Below, one piece after another: positions 1 to 15,000 of a stretch of DNA of 64,000 bases (position 1 is the stretch's first letter; each line of letters starts with the position of its first letter). The notes under the pieces are model-generated. The model was not told the DNA's origin. It saw nothing but the letters and a program-made list of their open reading frames with translations, and did not search any database. Made by a program: the position numbers and the translations under genes. This DNA is from Antedon mediterranea (Eukaryota; Animalia; Echinodermata), in the NCBI RefSeq assembly GCF_964355755.1, contig NC_092674.1, positions 21,576,001-21,640,000 of the forward strand. Direction: 5' to 3'.

Positions 1-73
1 CGTTATCAATCTTGATGACAGCGAGTAGCATACCTTTTTCAACGTGTAGTTTGTTATGAAATTGTGGTTTAAT
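1..73 (-). CDS. Probable exon truncated by the window edge ([24 protein letters not shown]...)
   Basis: ttttaag| acceptor, phase 0 matching the preceding exon, open to position 1. Confidence 0.5.
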   Translation of the reverse strand, partial: MKPQFHNKLHVEKGMLLAVIKIDN

Positions 74-3000
74 CTTAAAATCAATGGTATATATTTTTTT
101 ACTGAACAATTTTAAAACGTCAGTCAGTTAATGACATTGACAACTGTGTTGTTATTGTCTTCCCCATTCACTAAAACGTTATATTTGGCAAACTTATTTC
201 AATACATTCACAAATGTTGTACTGTAACGTATTTTTCAATGTTTAAAATATTCGATAAATCCTCTGTATATAAAAATAGTTAACATACGTGTTTATTATT
301 TTTTTGTTGGCCTACTTCTGAATTTTTTCCGTACTTTACTACTTTGTCCGTCATTGTGACATCAATAAAACTGTCATCTGATAATGATATTTCACTCTGG
401 TTATCAAAAATAAAGCAACGTCTTTCTTTTTTAATGTTATCAGCAGTATCAGTACCAGTCAAAACTACACAGTATACACCTGATAAGAGAGAGAGAATCA
501 TAATGATGATGTTGATGAGCCTGATTAACATCATCTTCATCATCAACATTTTTTTAGGAGTAATAATTTGCCTTTGCATAATTTACAAAGACATACAATT
601 TATAGTTGTTTTCAATATAGATAATTGTGGATGTGCCAAATACGATCCAAGAAACAGAAATATAATAGTAAAACTTACGTACTCATGTAAACAGTTTTTA
701 TTTCACTGTACGTATTAAATATCCAAAGGCAAATTACTGGAAAAATGACAATGTCTATTGAAATAACTCTGAAATTTCCAATCGAGTGACCAGCTAATTA
801 AAAATATTCCGCTGATAATTAAGCTTTAATGTTTTGATAGCCGATCTATGTGTTGTGTCATTCTCCTACAGAGGGTATATTAGTTGCTCCGGTGTAGGCC
901 TTGTTGAACCAACAGAAATGTGAAAACGCCCACACATGTGAAAAAAAAAAAATGTAAAAACGCAATACTCACTAATGTGAAAACGATCACAAAATTAATG
1001 TGAAAACGCATCAGCCACAAATGAAAACAACCACAAATGTGAAAACACCCACAAATGTGGTTCAATAATGTGTTTACTAATATTAACAATGCTCCTGCCT
1101 CCACTTACACATGTACATGTTGATAAACTAAACTTATACCTAATATCAACCTGCCATCTAACCAATAATACGAATCACTTTGTATAGAACCTGATACATT
1201 TTTTACGCCTTATTTTAATTCATTCATTTAACAACAACCTGTCTACTTCAATCGATGCTATATTTTGGAGATCTTAACTACTAGTTATTTTCTAAAGACA
1301 ATGTACGATGCCTTTCTCTATCCTCTTTTTGACAAACCTACAGCGGAATCATGACCAAATTCTAAAGGGAACTACTACTCAAGTTCATTTTTATTGGATT
1401 TTTTTTGCTTACGACTCCAAACCTTTTCTCTCTCATCCAGACCTCAGTAAACTAAATTCAACTTTTAATTTCGAAATTCACCACGTCTTAAACTAGTTCA
1501 AAATGAACAAACTCTCATTAAATATTGATTAAAGTAACTTTATTAACCCATTTAAAGAAATCTCTATGGACATTTTTATAGACGATGTTTAATTAAGCAA
1601 GATGATCATATTCAGTTTCTTGGAGTGACTACTATTGAAAACAAATTGACCTGGAAGCGTCACAGTTGTCATCCCCGACACTGTACTAAAAACATACCGT
1701 ACAGTCAGGCATTACGTATCAGACGTTTTTGTTCTTCAGATTTAGATTTTCAAAATCGTACAGAAAAACTAATCGTTATCTTCGGAAAAGAAAGCAAAAG
1801 ATATTCCTAGCTGTCGTCAGACACTGAAGTGCAAACCACGTCAGCCGAATTCGACCAGAGAGCCATTGGTCACAACCTTATTATATTCGTGATATATAGT
1901 AAGATCTAATTTTAAGATTTTGTTTACTCTCACGACAGCCAATAGTTGGGCAGTCACCTTTGCGGCACTTTTTTATTGGTCGCCTCTACTAACCAATTTG
2001 AGAGTAACCAAACTTGTCGCCTTTTCGGATAGGAAATTTAAATCAATTAATTGTCCAACAAAAAACGTCATATACTCATATCTGTTATAGTTGTGATAAC
2101 CTGTAGACCTATGTCACGAGATAAGTTAGATTTATGTTTTTCAGTTACCTTATGATCTTTTTTTACAATACAATAGAAGTTCCTCAGTGCAGAACACGCT
2201 TTATATTTCTGTATGTACCAAGTGGCAGTCTGTGATTGGATACTCACTTGCACACACGGTATCACTTGTTATGCAAATTTAGTGGCGCTGTGCAACACGG
2301 CGACACAGCTCGTCTCATTGTCTCACTGTTGTTACTCATTTTTTGACGTTATTTTCGTATATTTGGACTGTATTGTATTGTGGAAGAAGTCATTTGATTT
2401 ATACATTATGTTGTATTTGAAAGTTTTGAAATTTCTGTATTTTTTGCTGATATTTTGGCTGTTCTTACTGTGTGGATTGAGTAAGCCGGGCGGTGGAATT
2501 GCGTACACGTCATCTGATTTGCATTCCATGGGCGAGAGGTCGACCTCACCGCTACCGGCACACGTTGAATTACCATCTGAGATACAACGTCGCAGGCCTC
2601 GGAAAAGGGGCAAGGCTGGTGGGGTCAGAAAGCGACTACAATAATAATAATAAAGGACGCCTTGAAACTTTCATCCGTTGGGCTGGTAAAATGATTGGTC
2701 TGGAACTGTCTTCCTTTACCGATGTGCACCTAGAACACCTCTAGAAAGATTTCGAACGCATTGAGTTGGATGCCTCTCATCCTCTCCACAAAGTGATCAT
2801 AGACCAACTTAATCCAAGTGGTAGATTGAGGCTCCTCAGTGTGAAAACAAATCGATTTGCTAAATCATTTATTCCCTCCGGTATCATCCAGTACAACAGG
2901 AAGTCAAGAAGATAATTTTATATTGTAATTTTTTAGATGTTTTTATATGAATGGTTTTATGCTATATTTGTTTTTATAGTATTTTCTTTGTTATTATGAC

Positions 3001-6000
3001 GAGCAATGAATTTCCTTTTTGAGGATCAATAAAAGTTATCTTATCTTATCTTATCTTAACAGGATAGAATGTTCTACCACGGGTTTAGATTAGCAGTTGC
3101 ACAGTTCTGGGCGTAGAGAATAGTTGTGGGCTAGGAGAGTGTTGATGTACACCTTAGCTAAGGCACATTATTCCGAATACGTAGATAAAAGGTAGCTAAT
3201 GCTACATGTTAAAACTGTGAACTCAATAAGCCCAAATGGGGAAATAACGACCGTGAGTACTACTATCGTTATAAGAGTAACTGTAAACTATTTATTAGTA
3301 ATAATTGTGTTCTACTTATGGAATCGTAAAGATTAGAAAATGCATGTTTTATGTAACTATAGATAGATGGTCGGAGGAGAAGCTGATCTCCGTATAAAGT
3401 TATTTGTAATAAGAAGTAGTGTAGAGGCACGTCGAAGATAAAGTCTTCTAGTGATCATCGCAGTATTGGAACACGGTGGAACAATTCTTTGTGAACGCCG
3501 AAATACACGGACAGAGTCACGTGGACTGTTATTTTGCGTTGATTATATCCGTTTGAAACGAACTGTATTTGTTGGACTATTAAATCATTTAAACATATTA
3601 TTATTACTAGTTTGTTTTTGTGTCTGGCAGTAATATCGTGACAAACTACAAATGTGAAAACACATCAACCACAAATGGGATGTAATAAGAGCGCCCACAA
3701 ACGTGAAAACGATCATCGCCCACACAATGGGATAACGGCCACAAATGTAAATTTAAAAAAAAAGAACTCATCGGCCACAAACTAAAAAAAAGCAAGTCAA
3801 ATTTAGTGATATTTTTGGAGTTTAATTGGATGAGTTGCTTCAAAACTTGTGTGTGCACGATACGAGTGCAATTATTATTACTCGTCGATGTTTGCCATTT
3901 GCTGCTCGCGCGCACGATACTACTTGGCCAGTGTTATTTGCATTATACACGTATAGTTCAAGTTGAATATGGCATCCAGAGCTAAAGCCAATGGAAACTA
4001 ATTTCTTTTGTGGAAGGATTAATTGGATCGTCCTGAATATATTGTAATTTTTGCACAGTATTTTATAGGTTTTCGAAATAAAAAACCAAAGGAGTTTCAG
4101 TTGTTGTAATTAGACTAATATTCACATTGATTCTTGATAGACATATTATGTTATTATATTTGGCAAACTTAAACATAATATACACATGTTTTTGACCAGT
4201 ACATAGGCCTAAAGTGTATATACCATATACCGTAAAACATCCTAAAAAATGGGCTTTTTTAGTACTCTTTGGTATGCTTCGAGATAGGATTTACCTGCCA
4301 ATTTTAAGTATTGTGATCAACATTCCATTTTTATCTGTAAAAGTAATGTACGATATAATTCGATTATACATTATATCTGTATCACAAGTTGTCCGACATT
4401 ATATTATGTTGTTACTTTGATATTCTATTTTGAAAAGAAGCATATACTATCTTGAAAAGAAGCTCAGTTGGCTTCTTTTTGAAATGTGCTTCTTTTCCAA
4501 ATTAATCCCAGGAAGCTTTTTTGTCGAGTTTTACGCTATATTTATTTATTTTAAAAAGAGGAGAAGATTACTGCTAAAGTACATTGTTAAAACAGATTCA
4601 GAATTTATTTTGCTGCAACGACACAATAGTGATGTGACAAACATTTCTGTGTCATCTTTAAATTGACTAAAGTTTTAATTGCAAACAATAACTTTGCATT
4701 TTGTGACATACAAATCATAATGCAAGTGTAATGCAGTAGACTATATGATATGTTCATAAAATAGGTCGACTGTACTTTTTCCACCCTTGATTATTAGATT
4801 GGGTGTGGTCTAATATGTATTTTGAAAGTTTATTGATAGATACAATAATTTGTATAAACCTACTTTACTACATTACAATATACATTACCTGTGGAAAAAA
4901 TGTTGAAACCTTGTGGAACTGAAAAATTACAAGCCTCCATTGATACTTTGTACCAACACGTAAAATAAATAAAACAACCAATGAAGAAAGTAGAACACCA
5001 CTTAGTAAACAGATTATTGATAAAATAAGGAAAAAACATAGAGCATGGCAAAGATACATGGAAACAAAAGAGTATAATAAGTTCCTGAAATATACCAAGC
5101 TTCGAAACCAGGTTAGATCACTAACTAGGAAAAATAAAAGAATGATAGAAAACAAATATTGCGCTCCAGGATAAAACAAATCCAAAAAAGTTTTTGAGAT
5201 ACACACACTATAAATAAAGCTAAAGAAAGGTGTTCCTGGCCTAATAACTAACAATGACTTAGTAAACCCTGTGTATTCAAAAACAGATGTAGATAAAGCT
5301 AGAACTTTGGCAACGTTTTTTTTGCAGTGTTAATTACTGAGACGGTAGATTTTGGTATTCCTAGGCTAGCTTCCACGATGGTTGATTTGCCTCTCAGTAA
5401 AGTTGATGTAACTCATGATATTGTATATAATAAGTTGAACAAGTTAGATATTACTAAGTCACCAGGATCAGATGGTTGCTATCCAAGGGTTCTTTCTGAG
5501 CTGGCAAGAGTTATCTGTGTTCCTTTGTGCTTGATATTTAATCCTTACAATCTGGACTACCTGACCAGTGGAGACAGGCAAATGTTACTGCAATTTTCGC
5601 GCTGCTGCTTTAGCCATTTATGTCCCATGAGGACAAATTCATTAATAAACTGTTTCATAGCGGTAGCTTAAAGGCAGACAGTTTTTCGAAAATGGAAACT
5701 CGACTATAATTTATAGGTCCTAGCTCCTCGAATTTTTTGTAGCCTGAGGCAAAAGTTAATTGGATCACGCGAACGGAAATCGGGAATAAGCTGGTATTTT
5801 CAACCCCTACGAACAGGCCCTATGAGCGCTTACGGTTGAACGATTTTGGATTCTTGCCCCTTGATTGGTTGACGCGAATCAACAGATTGTGTAAGAATTT
5901 TCACTTGTAAGTCACGTTGTCTCCAGAGGGTATTCAGTTGCATGCCTAGAGTACAGGTTGAGGTCAGAGACAAAGAGGCTACAGCACATTAAAGTAAAAA

Positions 6001-9000
6001 ATTGACCATTTTTAAATGCCATTTTTGAATTAGTAGATTAATATTTGTTGGCACATAATACATTGTTGGAAAGGTACACATGTCTTATTTCAAATGCTGT
6101 GTATACAATTAACTAGTGATAAAATGGGCATGTGAATCATAATTAAAGAACTATCTGTGATTTGTATGTATCTTTGCGATTAAAAGACATCTTTTTAATA
6201 ATTAATCATAAATTAATCAAAAGAACAATGATTAATTTTAAAATGTCGAGCGGCGTTTTTTGTAAGAAATATTTCTTGATTAAAAAGAAATCAGTAGGCC
6301 TACCCGGTAACTATATCGTCTGGTTAGCCTCACAACTGTTATCTTTAAGGTTTTGGAATCCATCGTGAAGGATAGTTTTATTTTGCATTTACAAGGTAAC
6401 AATTTACTTTCTGATAAGCAATTTGGATTTGTAACAGGACGATCTACAACTTTACAATTGTTAAAGTCTTTGGATCGATGGACAGAATTAATAGATGAGG
6501 GTGGATCAATTGATGTCATTTACATGAACTTTGGCAAAGCCTTTACAAGGTTCCACACCGTATGCTTCTAGGAAAACTTGAAAGCTATGGCATTCTTGGA
6601 GAAGTTGGTACGTGGATCGAATCATTTCTGTCTAATAGAACTCAGAGAGTAATAGTAAATGAAAAGGCATCAGAATGGCATAATGTTTTAAGTGGAATCC
6701 CACAAGGCAGCGTCCTAGGGCCACTTCTCTTTGTTATTTATATCAACGATATGCCAGAATGTGTACATTCTGAGGTATTCCTTTTTGCAGATGACACAAA
6801 ATTGTATAGAGAGTTCTCAAATTTAAATGGTCATGTATTATTACATAAGGATTTTGAGTCTTTAAGGAAATGGTGTGAAACTTGGTTTAATTAATAATTA
6901 ATGGGCTTAACTATGCAGAAAGATTAAGAGTTTTAAAACTGCCTACTTTGGTCTATAGAAGATGTCGTAATGACATGGCTATTATGGTAAATCAGTATCT
7001 GATTTGCTAAAACTAAATGTATCTAATAGAACACGGGGGCACTCTCTTAAGCTAGCTAAGACGGTTTCCCATTTGGATAAAAGGACATTTTCCTTCAGTA
7101 ACCGTACAACCGATAATAGGAATGCACTACCTGAACATGTTATGACAGCAACCTCACTAAACAGTTTTAAAAATAGTCTGGATAAATTCTGGCGGAATCA
7201 ACAAGTTAAGGATTCAAAGTACCAGGATTGGACCAATTTGATCTGGATATAGAGGAATTTAGTCCTGCGTCCAGTATATCACCTAAGTAAACCTGTCTGT
7301 AACAAGTCTGTTACGATAACATGTTTGGCAAGCGAGCTCAGTGTGCTATTATAAAATTTAGCCCATAAAATGTGTGTCACCAGGCTGCCACCAATTAGTG
7401 GAGTAAACTTTGATTTTCCCCTTTTGGAAATGTTACCCAACAATTAGGAAAGTTGATGTTTCCTTAGCCACCGAAAACTAAATTTATTTCAGGTTACAAT
7501 ACCCACTTTCTTTAGTGAAATGTGTTAATACATGTTGGCAGCAAAATAGCAACCAACTATTTGGGTAATCTGATTACACCAAAACATGGATTTAAGTTGA
7601 TTTTCCTCAAACCAAAGAAGTCACCTAATTGGCTTCCGATTTTCCAAGATGGCGGCCAAAATAAAAAAGTTAAGAGTAAGAGTTACAAATATCAATCAAT
7701 CAATCAATCGTTCGATTTATATAGCGCCATTCCAACATTCATTGCTCATGGCGCTGTAAAAAATCAGAAAAGGTGAGTTTTGAGTAGTGACTTAAAGTGA
7801 CTCAATAATGATGTGTGTTTAATGTTCAAGGGTAGGTGGTTCCAGAGCCTAGGTCCAGCAACACTGAAAGTCAGATCTCCCCAACTATGTTTGCTCCTTG
7901 GAATGTCCAGTAGCACCTGATGACTAGATCTTAGTTCTCGCTTTCCCTTCTTGACTGTCAACAATTCTGAGAGATATTTTGGAGCGCAACTATTTAGGCA
8001 TCGGAACACCAGCAGCAGGATCTTAAATTTAACACGTGACCCCATGGGTAGCCAATTTAACAGTTTGAACAATGGTGTGACGTGATCATACTTCTTGGCA
8101 CACATCACCAAGCGAGCTGCCCAATTTTTGCACCTTCTGGAAAGTCCGCAACTGCTTCTTTGGCAGACCATACAGCAGGGAATTTCCCATATCAAGCCGA
8201 CTGGTAACAAAAGCATGTACAATCTGCTCTGTTGCACAATCGTTCAAGTACCGTAACGTCTGATCTTGGCGATGTTACATAAATGGAAAATAGCAGATCG
8301 GCAGATTTTGTTGATATGTGATTCCATGGTCATTTTACAATCAAGTTGTACACCAAGGTTACGAACTACTGATGATGGATTGACTAGTACGCCACCAATA
8401 TGTAGGCCATCAAACCGGATCTTTTTTCTCTGCTGAACAGAACCAAATAGGATCACCTCGGTCTTTTTATCATTTAGCTTGAGGAAGTTGGAGCCCATCC
8501 ATTTTCTAATCTCAGCAGTGCATGCTTCAAGAAACTTGGTCTGGCAAGGCTTGACAGAAACGTAGATTTGTATATCATCTGCATAGAAATGATGACATAA
8601 TCCGTGTCTTCGTATTATTTCAGCAACTGGGGCAACATAGATGGAAACAGCTGTGGTCGAAGCACCGAACCTTGTGGGACGCCACATAATAGAGGAAGGT
8701 CATCTGATGAAACATCACCAATGCAGACGGCCTGGGTTCTGTTTCTTAGATATGATATGAACCAAGACAATGCTTGATCTCTTACCCCAATATCATGCGA
8801 CAATCTATGAAGAAGCAGTGAGTCATCTACTGTGTCAAAAGCAGCCGATAAGTCTAGTAAAACTAGAATAACAAATTCTTGATTATCTATTGATGTCAAA
8901 ACGTCATTCTGAACACGTAGAAGCGCTGTCTCCACACTGTGGTTAGCTTTGTATGCTGATTGGTAAGTTTCATGGAGGTTGTGATTTGACATATGCTTAG

Positions 9001-12000
9001 AGAGTCTAACTGCAACAACACGCTCAATAAGCTTCGAAACAAAGGATACATTTGAAACTGGTCTATAATTTTTAAGAACTTCTGGATTGAGGCCAGTCTT
9101 CTTCAGCAAAGGCCGTACATGTGCTTTCTTTAAATTCTGCGGTACTGTGGATGTGATAAGTGAAAGATTAACTAATTTCATTAGCACTGGAACTATTACA
9201 GGAGCGCAATCCCTTAAAAGCCAAGTTGGAATAGGATCTAGCTCACAAGACTTTATCGGGGATGCCTTGATCAATTTCTTGATCTCCTCATCTGTGGTTG
9301 GTTCAAGAATAGACAGTTGACAGCTTAAAGGAGCCCTTGTACTAAATGTATGCGCATCTTGGAGAACAGATTGAGGAAATCCTGATCGAATTTTAGTGAT
9401 CTTTTCATTAAAAAACTCTGAGAAACGTTCAGCAAGAATACTGGTTGATTTACAGGTAGGTAAGGGTGTCTTATTTCCTCTATGCAGTAACGTGTTTACA
9501 ATTTTGAATAATCGCTTCTGGTCGCCTACAGCATTATTTACTAGAGCTGAGTGATATTCCAACTTTGCAGTATGAATATGTGATGATACACATTGGCGTT
9601 GATGTGTGTAAGAAGCATGCCAATCAGTTTCGAGACCTGTCTTACGCTATTTCCTCTCCAGCTGCCTTCTTACTTTTTTTTGTTTTCGTATTTCATCAGT
9701 ATACCATGGAGTTTGCGGTCGAATAGTCACCAGACGTGACTTAGTTGGAGCAAGTTTATCAATGATTGAACGCAATGTAGAGTTGTACATACATCAATGT
9801 CACATGGAAGAGATACAGTCAGTGTTAGTGGTAGTAACTCGCTGACAAGAGAGTCAGCACAGAGATTCTTGTAGTTACGACTAAAAACTATTTTCTGAGT
9901 TGGCGGCGGTTTATTTAACTGTAACTTACAATTTACGGCTGAGTGGTCAGATATATGTGGGATGCCCACATTGACATCAGTTAGAAATAGACAAATAATG
10001 TACTGAATCAAGAATTTCTGAGGTCAGTAAAACCGATTCAGGAAATATTATTATCTAATGTGAGAATGCGGCAAAAAATAAAAATGGTAGTCGAGTCATT
10101 GAAATTGAAATGCATATAATCGTCTACCAAGTCACAAATAGTCCATTCCTTTAGTATTTTTTGTGGAAACCGCAGGGAAGTGCAAGCATTACATTTTTAC
10201 AAAAACAATATAAAGCCTGCTAGTTATACAAATCCATGTTTTCAATCTAAAATTCTTCTTTAACCTTTGACATCAATTTTAATATTTTAATCTAATTTAA
10301 AACAAAATGATCATATCTCCGCAACGTTTAAACTAAATAAAATAATTTTAGTAATTTGCTTATAATAAAAGAAAATCTCCGTGTGTCTAGAAGTTGGCCT
10401 GGTTCCAAATCAGACTGTGGCATGCTATAGGTGGATCTGCTAAATATAGCTCACCTTCTTGTTATTATTTTTGTTAATGTTACTGACAGGCTTTTAGTAG
10501 AATCGGTCGTCTTTGTAGGTAGATCAATATTTATTAGAATTTTTTGCCGGTAAGCTAATTCAAATATATTTAATGAAAACACGTAGTACAATAACAGAGT
10601 TATTTTGGTCTTGGTGTTTTCTTAATTTAATTTTTTATTTAAAAAAATAATATTGATAATGAATCGACCATCTAGGTCGTGCCCACAGATGGTTCTCGAA
10701 TACATAATAATTTTAGCGTTAAAAAACTGACAATTTCAAATGTACGTACAATAATACATGTCGTTTACAGAAACGAATAAATAGACACTGATTTATGTAC
10801 TCAACTAAAATTAGCACCCTGGGAATTACTTCCGAAAGAGAAACTTGTCACAAAATGAGACCAATTGTTGGTTTTCAATTGTTTCTTAGAGCCAATTCAT
10901 ACTTAAGTTGGTTCCTACCCTACCCACCAAAGTTATTTTGCGTTTAGGGCATATGATGCACCGTTGGCCTATCAGGCTCTATTATGGCTTTACAACGCTA
11001 CTCATGCGAGTGAGGGAAGGGTGATGATATGGGTGGTTTAACTGCAATAATAAAGATTTGTACATAATAAATATACGGCGACTGAAAACGCTAGCACCAG
11101 CTCATTATCCGTTTAATAAAAAATTATATCCAACCTCTGCAGCACAGATTGAAAAACAAATGGATCGAATTTCTGTTATGAGTATACAGTAGGCCTACTT
11201 TCCTTTACGACGCCTGAGGGAATATACACTTGTGGAACGACACAGAGATTGGAATGTTCCATTCATCGCAAATCAATACATTTGTATAAACGTATATTAA
11301 ATCTATCAAAATAGTACTTTTTAAAGAAAATCGGCCTGTCTTCAAAATCATGATATTGTACTCGAGCTGTTCAACCGGTTTTCAGCTATTAAAAACAATT
11401 ATCGTAGGAGGAGATAGGAAAATTCGAAGCCTCCTCCAATTTTTGTGGCGGGTATTTTTCAAGATTGACATCCATTAGACAGTGTATACCACGATCGGAA
11501 AACACCCCTATTTGGGGCAAATCGTTGAACCTAAATTCGTTTTAATCGTCAATAACTAATTATCTAACTTAATTTAATTAGTAAACAGGGTTACATCAGG
11601 TGGTTAAAATCAGTACCTAAAGTACGAACCAACTTTATATACCATCGAGTAAAAATTCTAAAAGTAAGGCGCGATTTACCGAATTTTGCCCTTACGTAAA
11701 TTTATATATAGAAGCACACAACATTTTAATTCATTACCATAGCAAGATCATGGAATTCTTGTCTCTGATGGTTATAAAGTTCACGTTACTCTAATTAAAC
11801 TCGACAAATTCCAAAAGAGGAGAACTTTAAAAGATCGTACCTGAAGACGTTGGATTAAATTTGGCTTCATAGTTGGAAAATGTAGTGCATTTATCAGTAG
11901 AATCAAGTAGATTGTTAATAGGAATCATTTTGCAAACTTTCCCGTTATACGTCGATAGATCCGATTCGTCCATCCAAGTCCACTTGATCACACACTCATT

Positions 12001-15000
12001 CTAAATAAATATTTAATAATGTAAAAGTGGAATCGTATATTATTATATTTCTAACAATGTACATTGTATTACCATGTCAACCCATGTTATTATATCAATT
12101 GCATTTCCTTAACCACTGTCTAATCACCGGTGGTCTAATTTGACAAGACCATCAAGTACTTCATGAGTCTGAATATTTTTATTTTTCTCACAAAATTCAC
12201 CAAGTAAGCAGAAACTGTTCGACAGTGGTGCCTTTAACTTAACAAAAACAGGTGTATATAACCATATCTATTATTTTTAAATTTGTTTTTGTCTGCCATG
12301 GCTTGTCCCACTTTATTTGTGAAAATATCTATACAAAAAAAAACAGGCACAGAACATTAATTCTAAAGGGCTATATAGGCCTACTGCACATGTATAACTC
12401 ACTATTAATATCTCTGGTGCGCGTGCGTACAATTTAGGGGCCTAGTGCCAAGAGTGTTAAAGATACTAGTGGTCTAATGGTTTGTTTCGGCTTCGAATCT
12501 GGGCTGGGGCTCTCGCTGAGAGATTTCTTCATCTCATCGTTTAAAATTAAATAATACATTTTCAGTTCATCACTGGGCGGTTAATCATAAATATTAGTAC
12601 TAAAACACTTTTATTTACGTTAGTACATAAGCTTTGATAAAGTTACATTACTATTTTTTACAGGTAGGCATATAACGTTCCATATTGTTTGTAAAGCCTT
12701 TTTTCTCGATTTAATATAATATGACTATGACTTAACTTACAACAGAAAATAGAAATTAATTATGTCATGCTGTTCGTCTCTAAAATATTGAAGATTTATT
12801 TTTCTTATAAAATAAACCTATATCTACAATTTTATCATTTACATTTTCAACATTGGTGTGTGGTTACTATTTTTCTATTGATTTGGTTTACAGAAAATAA
12901 CAGAATCTATGAAACCATTTTCTTTATGACTTGGGAAGAAACCCTTGATGAACTCTTATAAGCAACATGTTACTATCTTGCCTGTTCTGTATATAATACA
13001 ATCGACAATCTTTCATTTTACTATTACTTTTTTTTTAATGAAAGTGTTTTATTTGAAAATAAAATAAATATTTAATATTCTTACCGATGTTTTGTCGCGA
13101 CCTAAAATTTTCTGAGCAATACAAGTCATAGTTAAACAGTTTTGTCTGCTGTATCTGGTCTGGTGGTCTGCATCTATAATTACAAATAAAGATAAATTTT
13201 TTTTTTCAGTTTGTTTTCAGCTAGTTTCTAAAATATAACTGTGTATTTTAATATGTTTTGTTTTGTTTTTAGTCTCGAAATGTATAAATTATTAAAACCT
13301 TTACCGCACGTTGATTCAGCTTCATCATAGTCATCGCCATCAAATGTTTCTGAAAAAATATGATTTATTTTGTAAAATGATTGTTCCCTTTATAATGTAA
13401 AAAAAATAATATGATATGGGCCCATGACATTATTTAAAATGATTAACAGAAAAATCAATTTAAATTACATTGTTTAAATTTTTTTTATGTTAGAGTAATG
13501 TTAGGTAAACATTCATGTCCTATAACCATAAAGCAATATCATAATTCAGCTCATGTCATGAGATAGGTTCAGTAGATAGTGAGATTATTATACATTCTCT
13601 GTGACCAATTGTTTACAGGATATGAGGGGAATTTGGCAGTCATTTGTAATCATACAAATTAGGCTACTTCTCGTTGTTCAAAATGTCCTGCCTGGTGCTG
13701 CTTGTGTGTTGTTTAGAGTTATAACTCTAATAATAACAATAATAACACATCATAAAACATAATTCTTCTTTAGTTTAATTGTTGTCTAAATCTCGTAAGA
13801 AATAGCCATAGCAAAGTTTTACAGCAATTAACAGTGTAAAGCAAAGACATTGCCATAGCAAAGAAAGCAATGTAAAGCATTAACAAAGAAAGAAATAGCC
13901 ATAGAAAAGAAAAACCTAATAGTCTAATGTAGTATAAAGCAGACTTAATCAAAAAGAATTGGCATGGATAAAAAAGGAGTGTAAAACATTAACAAATAAA
14001 GGATAGTTATAGCAAAGTATTAAAGCAAATATGGCTAAATAGTCTAAAGCAGTAATAAAGCAAATCAATAAAGACAAATAGTGTATTATAAAGCAAACAA
14101 AGTCTAAGTACACTATAGACCATGTTATATTTCATATGTTTTCTACCAAGCTGATAGCATTCAGTTTATTCCCCAATACGCTGTAGGCCATGTTGTGCCT
14201 TTTTTGTTTTATGTGCTTCACTCCTGTATAGTTATGTGCTGCTTTATAAGCGTATCTACTTTCTAGCAATCTCATAGCCTGCAGATTATGTCTTGACACC
14301 AAGATGGACCCTTTTTACGAGATTTTGGTTTCCTTTATGGGGGAGGAGGTGATGAGGGGATTATATAAAGCGTTAGATTTTCATGTCAAGGAAGTAGTTT
14401 TTAGATGCATGAAGTAGTTTCTATATTAAGGAAGTAGTTTTATCTTAGGCAGTGAGAGATTATTTGGAGAGTTAGGTTTTTATAGTTAAATAGAGTTTTA
14501 TATTTAGAAATTAGTTTTTTATTTATGAAATAGATTCAGGAAAGAGTTTTTTTTATTTAGGAAGGAGTATTTTATATTTAGGAACGAGGTTTTTTTTAGG
14601 AAGGAGTATTTTATATTTAGGAAGGAATTTTCGCGCCGGGGCTCTAGCCAGCTAAAACCCCAGAGGACAAAATCAATAAGAAGCTTTATCAACGCGAAAG
14701 CTATTTAACATTTTGAAATTTCGACTAATTTATAGTTTCCAGCTGCTGGACCCAAAACACGTCTGGGAAAAGAGTGTCTGCGAAGGGTCACGGTTGAACG
14801 ATTTTGGATTCTCGACCTTTAATTTAGACGCGAATCAACAGACTGCGAAAGAATTTTCTCACGTGTGCCGTTGTCTCTTCTGAGGACTGCATGTCCTGGA
14901 ATGTCCAACACATGTCGGTAAAATAATGTATTGAAATTCTAGTAGTTGTAATTGTTAGCAAGTACGTCAGCTATCATGTAATTCTTCTTTTTTTTTAAAT

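Noticed and set aside
3840-4032. Extra minus-strand exon ([19 protein letters not shown]...)
   Set aside because: The acceptor and phase fit, but there is no convincing donor or recognisable motif, so it is left uncalled.
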